Shown here: piece by piece, positions 1 through 7,954 of the stretch
Numbering within the stretch: position 1 is the first letter of the stretch
Layout: each line of letters begins with the position of its first letter
Source of the DNA: Massilicoli timonensis
GTDB taxonomy: Bacteria > Bacillota_I > Bacilli_A > Erysipelotrichales > Erysipelotrichaceae
Length of the DNA stretch: 32,000 nt
Assembly: GCF_900199515.1 (NCBI RefSeq)
Contig: NZ_LT963434.1
Coordinates: forward strand, 1,396,050-1,428,049
Direction: 5' to 3'
Position numbers and translations under genes: made by a program
Notes under the pieces: generated by a model
Seen by the model: the letters and a program-made list of their open reading frames with translations, nothing else
Told to the model about the DNA's origin: nothing
The model's database searches: none

Positions 1-411
1 GTTATATTCATATTGCTATTCACATTTGTAAAATTTTCAATTACTTTTGTTAATAAAAATTGTTCTTATTTCATTTATATTTCCTTCACAAATTTATGTT
101 TGCTATGAAAATGATCATAATGGAAAAGCAGATCACTTATGAAATAATAAATATGTTTTAATGATCATACAGCTTCAAAGGCGTTTTTTATGTAATTTAA
201 TTGAAATCAATATCAAATATTCAGATAAGGTACTACTATTATATGAATCAATAAAATAAGATCATGTGAGATTTTTTCAAACAACTGGCGATTCTATCAT
301 TTTATGATTACAAAATAATGATGAAAAACACATTCGAAAAATAAATTGATTACCTATTAAAATAAGATGGAAAAAAGATCTGGGAGCTTGTTCCTAAAAA
401 TGAAATAATAC

Positions 412-440
412 TTGACGAATACCGCAAATTTATATATAAT
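412..440 (+). promoter_or_regulatory. SigA-type promoter upstream of rpmH
   Basis: TTGACG (412-417), 17-nt spacer, TATAAT (435-440), about 57 nt upstream of the rpmH ATG. Confidence 0.6.
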
Positions 441-496
441 CAAAAAGCAATGCTCAATTATGTATAAAAAATGAATAGAAGTGGAGGTGGCTCATT

Positions 497-631
497 ATGA
501 AAAGAACATATCAACCGAGCAAAAGAAAACACCAGAAAACTCACGGATTCAGGGCCAGAATGGCTACTGTTGGAGGACGCAAAGTCTTAGCGCGTCGTCG
601 TAGTAAAGGTAGAAAAGTGTTATCAGCATAA
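497..631 (+). CDS. rpmH: 50S ribosomal protein L34
   Basis: Not in the ORF track (<60 aa). GGAGG at 483-487, ATG at 497. Translates to [44 protein letters not shown], the canonical L34 sequence, in the conserved position before rnpA. Confidence 0.97.
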   Translation: MKRTYQPSKRKHQKTHGFRARMATVGGRKVLARRRSKGRKVLSA

Positions 632-656
632 AAATCACCTTCGGGTGATTTTTTTG
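631..656 (+). terminator. Rho-independent terminator/attenuating hairpin after rpmH
   Basis: ATCACC (634-639), TTCG loop, GGTGAT (644-649), followed by a T-run to 655. Confidence 0.7.
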
Positions 657-683
657 TAAAAGATGAAGAAAGGGGTATCAGAC

Positions 684-1016
684 ATGAAAAAGCAGTTTCG
701 TATCAAAAAGAGTGAAGAATTTGCTGAAATCATGGGTGCAAAGAAATTTTATACATGTCCTTCCTTTGTCATTTATGTAAAACCACGAAAAGAAGATCAT
801 GCAAGAGTAGGTATTTCAGTCGGTAAAAAGATCGGAAATGCGGTTGTACGCAATAAAGTGAAGCGCCAAGTACGGATGATATTGCATGAAATATTTGATT
901 TTAACGGCAATTTTGACATGATTTTATTGGTTCGGATAAAATATTTAGATGAAAATTACAATACCAATAAAAACTGCTTGGAAAAATTGCTTAAAAAAGT
1001 TAAAATAGATAAGTAA
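684..1016 (+). CDS. rnpA: Ribonuclease P protein component
   Basis: ORF 663-1016. MKKQFRIKKSEEF...VGISVGKKIGNAVVRNKVKRQVR matches the RnpA family, with rpmH-rnpA-yidC synteny. The start is probably the internal ATG at 684. Confidence 0.9.
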   Translation: MKKQFRIKKSEEFAEIMGAKKFYTCPSFVIYVKPRKEDHARVGISVGKKIGNAVVRNKVKRQVRMILHEIFDFNGNFDMILLVRIKYLDENYNTNKNCLEKLLKKVKIDK

Positions 1017-1039
1017 GTGATAGCGAGGAGAATGTATCA

Positions 1040-1918
1040 ATGAAAAACATTATGAAGGATAAGCGAAAATTATTGCTGTTATGTGTTTTGGTTTTAGTGG
1101 TATTGACCGCTTGTTCCAGTCCGCGCGGTGAGGATGGAAAAATTTTAGCAGAAAAAATCATCAGTTTGGATACACCGTTTACTTTAGATGGAAGCTGGTT
1201 TGACGGATTGATCGTATGGCCGATTGCACAGTTGATCAATTTAGTGGCTTCTCATAGTGATGCCGGTATCGGTGTCATTGTCGCAACGCTGCTCATTCAG
1301 CTTTTGACTTCAGCATTTACGATCAAATCACAAGTATCTTCTCAGAAGATGCAGATGATGCAGCCGGAGCTCAGTAAGATTCAAGCAAAATATGCCGGCA
1401 AGACCGATGAACAGTCAAGAATGAGAATGGCACAGGAAATGCAGGCTCTATATTCCAAATATAAAGTCAATCCATTCAGTTCGATCTTGGTGATGTTTTT
1501 ACAGTTTCCGATTATTTTAGGAATGTATCAGGCAGTACAGCGTGCTGATACCGTCATCAACGGAAACTTTTTAGGTATCAATCTTTCTATCAATGCCATT
1601 GACGGTATTAAAGCATTTGATATTGCATTCATCGTAATTTTTGCACTGATGGTTGTTTCTCAGTTTGTTTCAATGAAAATTCCGATGTGGCTGCAAGCGC
1701 GCAGAAAGAAGAGAATGCACATCAAAGAAAAGAAATATGCACAGCCGGAAAACAATGGCGGCATGATGAAAAATATGAATACGATGATGTATGTCAGCAT
1801 GGGAATGGTTGCGGTGTTCGCACTGATGTGGCCATTGGGAATGTCATTCTACTGGATGGTTTCTTCCATTGCTCGTATCATTCAAAATTTCATTATTGAT
1901 AAATTCTTTATTAAGTAA
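1040..1918 (+). CDS. yidC: Membrane protein insertase YidC/SpoIIIJ (lipoprotein type)
   Basis: Lipobox LVVLTAC near the N-terminus, multi-pass hydrophobic core typical of Gram-positive YidC/Oxa1, conserved position after rnpA. Confidence 0.9.
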   Translation: MKNIMKDKRKLLLLCVLVLVVLTACSSPRGEDGKILAEKIISLDTPFTLDGSWFDGLIVWPIAQLINLVASHSDAGIGVIVATLLIQLLTSAFTIKSQVSSQKMQMMQPELSKIQAKYAGKTDEQSRMRMAQEMQALYSKYKVNPFSSILVMFLQFPIILGMYQAVQRADTVINGNFLGINLSINAIDGIKAFDIAFIVIFALMVVSQFVSMKIPMWLQARRKKRMHIKEKKYAQPENNGGMMKNMNTMMYVSMGMVAVFALMWPLGMSFYWMVSSIARIIQNFIIDKFFIK

Positions 1919-1931
1919 CGGAGGTGTTTTC

Positions 1932-2537
1932 ATGAAAGAATATACAGGTAAGACTTTAGAAGAAGTCCTGCATCAGATTGCTGATGAAAAAGGTGTCAGT
2001 GCCGATGCGATCACTTATGAATTAGTAGATGAGAAAAAAGGGTTTTTAGGAATCGGAAGTGAAGTGACAGTACGTGCATACTGTGAACCGGATATTCAAG
2101 AATTCATGAAAACATACTTAACTGCTTATTTTAATAACATCGAAATGGATGTGGCGATCACGATCGAAAATGATGAAGGTTTTTATCGCATCAATCTGGA
2201 TGCCGATAACAATGCGATCTTGATCGGCAGAAACGGACAGACTTTACAGGCAATCAATACAGTGTTGAAAACTGCCGTTTCCAGTGAATTTAAGAAACGT
2301 ATCGGAGTACTGATCGACATTAACGGCTATAAAGAAGATAAATATGAAAAAGTATGTTCTTTAGCAAAACGGGTTGCCAGAACAGTACAGCGTACTAAAA
2401 CTGATGCAGTATTAGATCCGATGCCTGCCGATGAAAGAAAAGCCATTCACAACGCTTTATCAGATATGGAACATATCATGACCCAAAGTGAAGGAGAAGG
2501 CAATCAGCGTCGATTAAAAATTATTTACGCAGAATAA
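1932..2537 (+). CDS. jag: Jag/KhpB RNA-binding protein (Jag_N, KH and R3H domains)
   Basis: ORF 1869-2537. GGAGG at 1920-1924 favours ATG 1932 (MKEYTGKTLEEV...). The KH-like GRNGQTLQAINTV and C-terminal R3H-like region are typical of SpoIIIJ-associated Jag. Confidence 0.88.
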   Translation: MKEYTGKTLEEVLHQIADEKGVSADAITYELVDEKKGFLGIGSEVTVRAYCEPDIQEFMKTYLTAYFNNIEMDVAITIENDEGFYRINLDADNNAILIGRNGQTLQAINTVLKTAVSSEFKKRIGVLIDINGYKEDKYEKVCSLAKRVARTVQRTKTDAVLDPMPADERKAIHNALSDMEHIMTQSEGEGNQRRLKIIYAE

Positions 2538-2614
2538 AAGATAACAAAGAAGCTGTAACGAAACAGACAATTTCATAAAGAAATGAGATTGCGGGTGAAG
2601 TTACAGCTTTTTTT
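2538..2614 (+). repeat. Structured terminator-like repeat, copy A (compound hairpin plus T-run)
   Basis: Outer stem AGCTGTAAC (2551-2559)/GTTACAGCT (2600-2608). Inner stem CAATTTCAT (2568-2576)/ATGAGATTG (2583-2591). T-run 2608-2614. Starts right after the jag stop and is homologous to copy B. Confidence 0.75.
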
Positions 2615-2873
2615 CTATCTTAATTTTATTCAGGTTATGTCATGCAATATAAAATGCAATAAGAAGGTAGGATAACTAAATGATGTATGATGTTTTAGAT
2701 TGTCCATAGTTTTTTTTATCTTTTATGATAGATGATCCTATACAAATAATAATACATGATTTATATATTTTTTTTAAGTCTTTTTTATAATTTGTATTCA
2801 TTTATAATTAAATTATAGAAAGGACAACATAATTGTTGTAATAGAAATAGTTGCACCAAGAGAGGAAAATAAA

Positions 2874-3278
2874 ATGAAAAAAATAATATTGATCTTGACT
2901 GTGTTTCTTCTGCTAATAGGCTGTCAAAAAAAGATGACTTCCAAACAAGTCGTAGAAAATTACTTCAACTATATCAATGAAAAAAATGAAGAAGGATTTA
3001 ACAATTTATTCGCGGTTCCATTAAAACCAGAAGATACAGAAACATTGTTCAAAGGAATAAAAGAAATAAAAATAAGAGAAATAAACGTAGTAGAAAAAGA
3101 CGAACATCTAATGGAAAAAGAGGAGAAAGAAGATGAAATCACATATTATGTAGACTTTGATCTGATTTATAATGAGAATAATGAAGGCATTACCTATAAT
3201 GACGGCGGTGATACAAGAAACTTTTATTTGAAGAAAGTAAAAGGCGAGTGGAAAATCATATCTATTGGATTATTATAA
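2874..3278 (+). CDS. Small hypothetical lipoprotein
   Basis: Signal peptide with lipobox MKKIILILTVFLLLIGC, an AG-rich RBS (AGAGAGGAAAA) ending 5 nt upstream. Very AT-rich, Lys/Glu/Asn-rich mature part. No family recognised with certainty. Confidence 0.7.
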   Translation: MKKIILILTVFLLLIGCQKKMTSKQVVENYFNYINEKNEEGFNNLFAVPLKPEDTETLFKGIKEIKIREINVVEKDEHLMEKEEKEDEITYYVDFDLIYNENNEGITYNDGGDTRNFYLKKVKGEWKIISIGLL

Positions 3279-3360
3279 ATGATAAAACAAGAAAGAGACT
3301 GTAAGAAACAAACAAGTTCATAAAGATGAAATTGTTATGAAGTTTTATAGCCTCTTTTTT
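3279..3360 (+). repeat. Structured terminator-like repeat, copy B
   Basis: Starts right after the lipoprotein stop. Shares with copy A a 21-nt block (2 differences), a 9-nt block (1 difference) and an identical 7-nt block. Inner stem CAAGTTCAT (3313-3321)/ATGAAATTG (3326-3334). T-run to 3360. Confidence 0.7.
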
Positions 3361-3400
3361 ATAAAAGCAGATCATTCATACAGAAACAGCATATAAAATG

Positions 3401-3409
3401 TGATACAAT
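3401..3409 (+). promoter_or_regulatory. Extended -10 promoter element (TGaTACAAT) upstream of the XRE gene
   Basis: TG at 3401-3402 and TACAAT at 3404-3409. The same 11-mer TGTGATACAAT recurs upstream of the DUF1848 gene. Confidence 0.4.
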
Positions 3410-3520
3410 CAAGATAATTGATAGAATTTATGTTTCCGCAACCTGAAATTGACAAAAAGAAACAGAAAATTGGTAGTGAGAAAAAGCGGCTTTTATTATA
3501 AATAAAGCGAGGTGATGAAA

Positions 3521-4489
3521 ATGAAATTTAGTGAGAAATTAAAACAATTAAGAAAAGACAAAGGAATGTCACAGGAAGATCTGGCATTTGAACTGAATGT
3601 ATCAAGACAGGCAGTGTCAAAATGGGAGAGCGATAATGCTTATCCGGAAACCGATAAACTGATTCAGATCGGTAAACTGTTTTCTGTTTCGATCGATTAT
3701 TTGTTGAATGAAGAAACAGATCATAATAAGAATGAAGAAATGTTCCCGCAACAATCATTTTATGAAGTCAGTATGGCAGAAATGAAAGATTATTTAACCT
3801 TCAAAAAGAAATTTGCGAAGATGATCGGTATTGGCGTCATGCTATGTATCCTATCTTTATTGCCGCCTTTGATCAGTACAGAAATGAAGCAAATGCAAAG
3901 GATCGCAAATGATGAAATACTGCTAAAAGATGCGCTTGGTGCAGCCGGTATGTTTTTAATTGTAGCGGTAGGCGTCATTATATTTATCATATATGGAATT
4001 AAAAATGCCCAGTTTAATAAAAAATATGAACAAGAATTAACGATCAAAAAAGAAGATTATCGTTATTTGGAAACAGAGCATCAACAGTTCCATGATCACT
4101 TTATCATTGCTATGGCAAGTGGTGTATTTCTTTGTATCTTTGCATTGATTTCGGCTATTTTAATTGATGCAATCATAGAAAAAGATGTTTATACAGGCGG
4201 TTCTTTATTTATATTTGTTGCCATTGCCGTATATATCTTCATTTATTTCGGATTACGAGAATCCTCTTACCAGTTCTTTTTAGAACATGAAAAATATCAA
4301 AAAGAGAAAGAAAAAGAAAAGAAAACAGAAGAAATGACCGATCGCTATTTTGAAATCGTTATGCCGATCGTTGGTGTTTTATACTGTGGCTTTGGTTTAT
4401 GGACCGGTATCTGGCATCCATCTTGGATCGTTTTCCCACTTACGGCTGTAATCATACTGGCTTATGCAGCTATAAAAAATAAGCAATAG
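3521..4489 (+). CDS. Membrane-anchored XRE-family (HTH_3) transcriptional regulator
   Basis: ORF 3512-4489 (GTG). GAGG at 3508-3511 favours ATG 3521. The N-terminus KLKQLRKDKGMSQEDLAFELNVSRQAVSKWESDNAYPETDKLIQIGKLFSVSIDYLL is a classic Cro/C1 HTH, followed by several predicted TM helices. Confidence 0.85.
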   Translation: MKFSEKLKQLRKDKGMSQEDLAFELNVSRQAVSKWESDNAYPETDKLIQIGKLFSVSIDYLLNEETDHNKNEEMFPQQSFYEVSMAEMKDYLTFKKKFAKMIGIGVMLCILSLLPPLISTEMKQMQRIANDEILLKDALGAAGMFLIVAVGVIIFIIYGIKNAQFNKKYEQELTIKKEDYRYLETEHQQFHDHFIIAMASGVFLCIFALISAILIDAIIEKDVYTGGSLFIFVAIAVYIFIYFGLRESSYQFFLEHEKYQKEKEKEKKTEEMTDRYFEIVMPIVGVLYCGFGLWTGIWHPSWIVFPLTAVIILAYAAIKNKQ

Positions 4490-4588
4490 AGAACAGACAA
4501 ACCTTTCCTTCATAGCCATGCAATAATCTGATTTGGCAATAAAAAAGATCAAAATGCTGAAAATGTTTCAAAAATTATTGAAAAACTA

Positions 4589-4617
4589 TTGAAAGTAAGA
4601 GATAAAAGTATTAGAAT
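4589..4617 (+). promoter_or_regulatory. Candidate promoter of the aro leader transcript
   Basis: TTGAAA (4589-4594), 17-nt spacer, TAGAAT (4612-4617). The predicted start is just upstream of the leader RBS. Confidence 0.45.
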
Positions 4618-4638
4618 AAACGCATAGGAGTGATGACC

Positions 4639-4683
4639 ATGCAGAAATTCTCACAATTCTTTTACTTTTATTTTGAATCGTAG
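4639..4683 (+). CDS. Aromatic-codon leader peptide MQKFSQFFYFYFES (candidate attenuator peptide)
   Basis: Not in the ORF track. AGGAG at 4626-4630 lies 8 nt before ATG 4639 (an alternative ATG at 4633 adds MT). Six consecutive Phe/Tyr codons at 4657-4674, located upstream of an aromatic biosynthesis operon. Confidence 0.6.
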   Translation: MQKFSQFFYFYFES

Positions 4684-4731
4684 TCGAGAAACCATAAATA
4701 GCATGGTTATTTTTGATTTTTCGATACAGAC

Positions 4732-4767
4732 AAAGCACAAACGAGAAACAGAAGTTGTGCTTTTTTT
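4732..4767 (+). terminator. Leader (attenuator) terminator preceding aroB
   Basis: AAAGCACAA (4732-4740)/TTGTGCTTT (4755-4763), 14-nt loop, seven Ts (4761-4767), 6 nt before the aroB RBS AAAGGAGG (4774-4781). Confidence 0.65.
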
Positions 4768-4787
4768 ATTAGAAAAGGAGGATGCGT

Positions 4788-5783
4788 ATGAAAATACCGG
4801 TCATGATCCCAAATCATGAGTATGATATTATATTAGAGCGAGGAGCGCTTGCCCACTTAGCAGATTATGTAAAAATACAGGGAAAGGTACTGCTGATCAC
4901 TGATACAGGAGTACCGCAGGCGCATATCGAGCTTGTATCAGCACAGCTTGCGGATTGCGATTGCTATATCGTAGAACAGGGAGAAGGCAGCAAATCTTTT
5001 ACGGTATTGCAAAAAATTTTGTCTTATATGCTTGCACATGATTTTCAGCGCAGCGATTGTGTGATTGCACTGGGAGGTGGTGTAGTCGGCGATTTAGCAG
5101 GTTTTGCCGCAAGTATTTACATGCGCGGGATCCGCTTTATCAATTTTCCGACGACGACTTTGGCACAGATCGACAGCAGCATCGGCGGAAAGACCGCAAT
5201 CAATTTAGATGGTGTGAAAAATGTGATCGGTGCGTTTTATCAGCCCTCCTTGGTCATCATTGATCCGGAAGTATTAAAAACACTGGATCATCGACAGATC
5301 GTCAGCGGCTTGGCAGAGGCATTAAAAGCAGGGTTGATTGCCGATGCAAAATTATTCGCTTTGTTTTCACGAGCAGATCCGATGGAAGAAATCGAAACGA
5401 TCATTTATCGCTCTTTATTAGTTAAAAAGCATATCGTTGAACAAGATGAAAAAGAAACCGGGCTGCGAAAATTATTAAATTTCGGACATACGATCGGACA
5501 TGGCATGGAAGCCTGTTATCTGGATTCCCTTTATCATGGTGAAGCGGTGGCGCTGGGTATGCTTTATTTTATTGAAAATGAAAGTTTGAAAGAACAAGTC
5601 ATCAAGATTTATGAGAAACTGGGATTACCGTGTACATGTGATTATGAAAAAGAAGCGGTATTTACACATATCGCACATGATAAAAAAGCATCGGAGCATA
5701 CGATTGACGTCGTAGTGGTAAGCGATGCAGGGAAAAGTCATATAGAAAAGATGTCTTTTGATGAGATCAAAGCCTGTTTATAG
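4788..5783 (+). CDS. aroB: 3-dehydroquinate synthase
   Basis: ORF 4782-5783. RBS spacing favours ATG 4788. The motifs GGGVVGDLAGFAA, NFPTTTLAQIDSSIGGKT and HGEAVA are typical of AroB. Confidence 0.92.
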   Translation: MKIPVMIPNHEYDIILERGALAHLADYVKIQGKVLLITDTGVPQAHIELVSAQLADCDCYIVEQGEGSKSFTVLQKILSYMLAHDFQRSDCVIALGGGVVGDLAGFAASIYMRGIRFINFPTTTLAQIDSSIGGKTAINLDGVKNVIGAFYQPSLVIIDPEVLKTLDHRQIVSGLAEALKAGLIADAKLFALFSRADPMEEIETIIYRSLLVKKHIVEQDEKETGLRKLLNFGHTIGHGMEACYLDSLYHGEAVALGMLYFIENESLKEQVIKIYEKLGLPCTCDYEKEAVFTHIAHDKKASEHTIDVVVVSDAGKSHIEKMSFDEIKACL

Positions 5784-5794
5784 GAGAATACAAT

Positions 5795-6931
5795 ATGAAA
5801 AATACGTTTGGAAGCAATATTCAGTACACCCTGTTTGGAGAAAGCCATGGTGAAGCAATCGGTATCGTGATTGACGGATTGCCGGCGGGGATCGCATTAG
5901 ATCTTGATTTAATGGAAAGACAGATGGAAAAGCGCAAAGCGAAAGGGAAAATTTCGACACAGCGAAAAGAAGCAGATCAAGTAAAGATCATCAGCGGTTA
6001 TTTCAACGGTCATACAAGCGGAACACCTTTGACGATCCTGATTGAAAATACAAATGTCAAATCACAGGATTATGCGCGAACCCAGATGCTGCTGCGGCCA
6101 TCGCATGCAGATTACAGCGCACATGTAAAATATCGCGGTTTTGAAGATTATCGCGGCGGCGGACATTTCAGCGGACGATTGACCGCACCGATCGTTGCGG
6201 CCGGCAGCATTGCCATGCAAATCTTACAACAGTTGGGCGTACAGATCGCAACACATATTGAAAAGCTGCATGATTTAGAAGATGTGCGCTTTGGACAAAC
6301 GATCGAAGAAGTGGAAACGCAGATTGCTTATTTGCAAGATCGCTCATTTCCGACATTAGATGAAACATGTGGAAAAGCAATGATAGAAAAGATCGAAGCC
6401 TGTGCAAAACAAAAAGACAGCGTTGGCGGAATATTGGAAAGTGCAGCGATCCATGTGCCGGCGGGACTAGGCGAACCGTTTTTTGATTCGATCGAGAGCA
6501 TTCTTGCACATCTGCTGTTTTCGATACCGGCGGTAAAAGGCGTATCCTTCGGCAGTGGATTTGACTTTGCGAATTTGTATGGGAGTGAAGCGAATGATGC
6601 CTTTGCATTAAAAGAAGGAAAGATCGTGACCAAAAGCAATCATAATGGCGGAATCAACGGCGGGATCACCAATGGTATGCCAATTCATCTGCATACGGTG
6701 ATCAAAGCAACCCCATCTATTTACCAAGAGCAGGACAGCGTTGATCTGCAAAGCGGAAAAGAAGCAAAACTGACGATCAAAGGCAGACATGATCCGGCTA
6801 TTTTACACCGGGCGGCGGTCGTCGTAGACAGTATGATCGCCATTGGCCTATTAGAAGCACTTTGTCAGCAAGAAGCAGGTATGGCGTTGATCAAACAAAT
6901 GAGCAGTAACGAAAGAGGAATGATAGTATGA
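5795..6931 (+). CDS. aroC: Chorismate synthase
   Basis: FGESHG, RPSHADY, RGGGHFSGR and GRHDP motifs characteristic of AroC. Confidence 0.95.
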   Translation: MKNTFGSNIQYTLFGESHGEAIGIVIDGLPAGIALDLDLMERQMEKRKAKGKISTQRKEADQVKIISGYFNGHTSGTPLTILIENTNVKSQDYARTQMLLRPSHADYSAHVKYRGFEDYRGGGHFSGRLTAPIVAAGSIAMQILQQLGVQIATHIEKLHDLEDVRFGQTIEEVETQIAYLQDRSFPTLDETCGKAMIEKIEACAKQKDSVGGILESAAIHVPAGLGEPFFDSIESILAHLLFSIPAVKGVSFGSGFDFANLYGSEANDAFALKEGKIVTKSNHNGGINGGITNGMPIHLHTVIKATPSIYQEQDSVDLQSGKEAKLTIKGRHDPAILHRAAVVVDSMIAIGLLEALCQQEAGMALIKQMSSNERGMIV

Positions 6932-7944
6932 TTATTACAATGAAGAAAACGGCAACACAAAAAGATCTCGATTCCATCATTTCTATGATCGAATCAAAAG
7001 GATTACATGTCAATATGATTTCCGGTACAAGTTACAATGTATTCGGTGTAGTCGGTGATACGACGATTTTGGATATGAAGACCATTGAAGCAAATAACAA
7101 GGTTGAAAGCGTCATGCGTGTATCTGAGCCGTATAAGAAAGTAAACCGGTTATTTCATCCGGAAGATACGATCGTAGATGTAAATGGTATCAAGATCGGC
7201 GGAAAAGAGAAGATCGTCGTAATCGGCGGACCTTGTTCAGTCGAGGGACAGGAACAAATATCCCGCATTGCCAAAGAAGTAAAAGAAGCGGGAGCGGATA
7301 TGCTAAGAGGAGGCGCTTATAAGCCGCGTACTTCCCCATATGCGTTTCAGGGATTAGGTTTTGCAGGCATCATGAATTTGGAACAGGCAAAGAAAGAAAC
7401 CGGTATGCCGATCGTCAGTGAAATCATGAGCGTAGATAAAATTGATGAATTTGTGGAGCATGTGGATATTTTGCAGGTTGGCGCCCGCAATATGCAGAAT
7501 TTCGATCTGTTAAAAGCACTTGGTAAAACCAATAAGCCGATCTTGCTGAAGCGCGGACTTTCCAACACGATCGAAGAATGGCTGATGTCGGCAGAATATA
7601 TCATGGCAGGTGGTAATCCGAATGTGATCTTATGTGAACGCGGTATTCGCACCTTTGAAAAATATACGCGCAACACATTAGATCTCAGCGTCATTCCGAT
7701 CATTAAAAAGAAAACACATCTGCCGATCATCATCGATCCATCCCATGCGACAGGCGATTGGGAACTGGTGGAAGCAATGAGCTTAGCAGCGATCGCGGCG
7801 GGTGCAGATGGTTTGATCATTGAAGTGCATGACCATCCGGAGTGTGCGTGGAGCGATGGGGCACAGTCATTAAAACCAAAACGCTTCAAAGAACTGATCG
7901 AAAAAGGGCGTGTGATCGCCAATGTTGTAGGACGCAGCATGTAG
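6928..7944 (+). CDS. aroF: DAHP synthase, type I-beta, with N-terminal ferredoxin-like regulatory domain (paralogue 1)
   Basis: GAYKPRTSPYAFQGLG, VGARNMQN and IIDPSHATG are typical of the DAHPS/KDO8PS I-beta family. A ~75-aa N-terminal extension resembles that of Thermotoga-type regulated DAHPS. ATGA overlap with aroC. Confidence 0.9.
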   Translation: MIITMKKTATQKDLDSIISMIESKGLHVNMISGTSYNVFGVVGDTTILDMKTIEANNKVESVMRVSEPYKKVNRLFHPEDTIVDVNGIKIGGKEKIVVIGGPCSVEGQEQISRIAKEVKEAGADMLRGGAYKPRTSPYAFQGLGFAGIMNLEQAKKETGMPIVSEIMSVDKIDEFVEHVDILQVGARNMQNFDLLKALGKTNKPILLKRGLSNTIEEWLMSAEYIMAGGNPNVILCERGIRTFEKYTRNTLDLSVIPIIKKKTHLPIIIDPSHATGDWELVEAMSLAAIAAGADGLIIEVHDHPECAWSDGAQSLKPKRFKELIEKGRVIANVVGRSM

Positions 7945-7954
7945 GAGGAATTTT

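Noticed and set aside
1-400. AT-rich non-coding DNA upstream of rpmH as oriC / DnaA-box cluster
   Set aside because: The best DnaA-box-like matches (CTATTCACA at 18-26, TCCTTCACA at 83-91) have 2-3 mismatches, and there is no cluster. dnaA is not in the window, so an origin call is unsupported.
1869-1931. 5' extensions of track ORFs (jag 1869, aroA 8932, tyrA 10118, tmk up to 22627, marR-fusion up to 18804, DUF1848 11168)
   Set aside because: The extensions overlap the upstream genes or promoters, encode non-homologous sequence, and internal starts have proper RBS spacing and match the family N-termini. I used the shorter coordinates.
4500-4787. T-box or other riboswitch leader upstream of aroB
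   Set aside because: The leader is too short (~145 nt from the candidate promoter). I find no T-box sequence (AAUUAGGGUGGNACCGCG-like) or specifier-loop architecture. The leader-peptide attenuator explains the terminator better.
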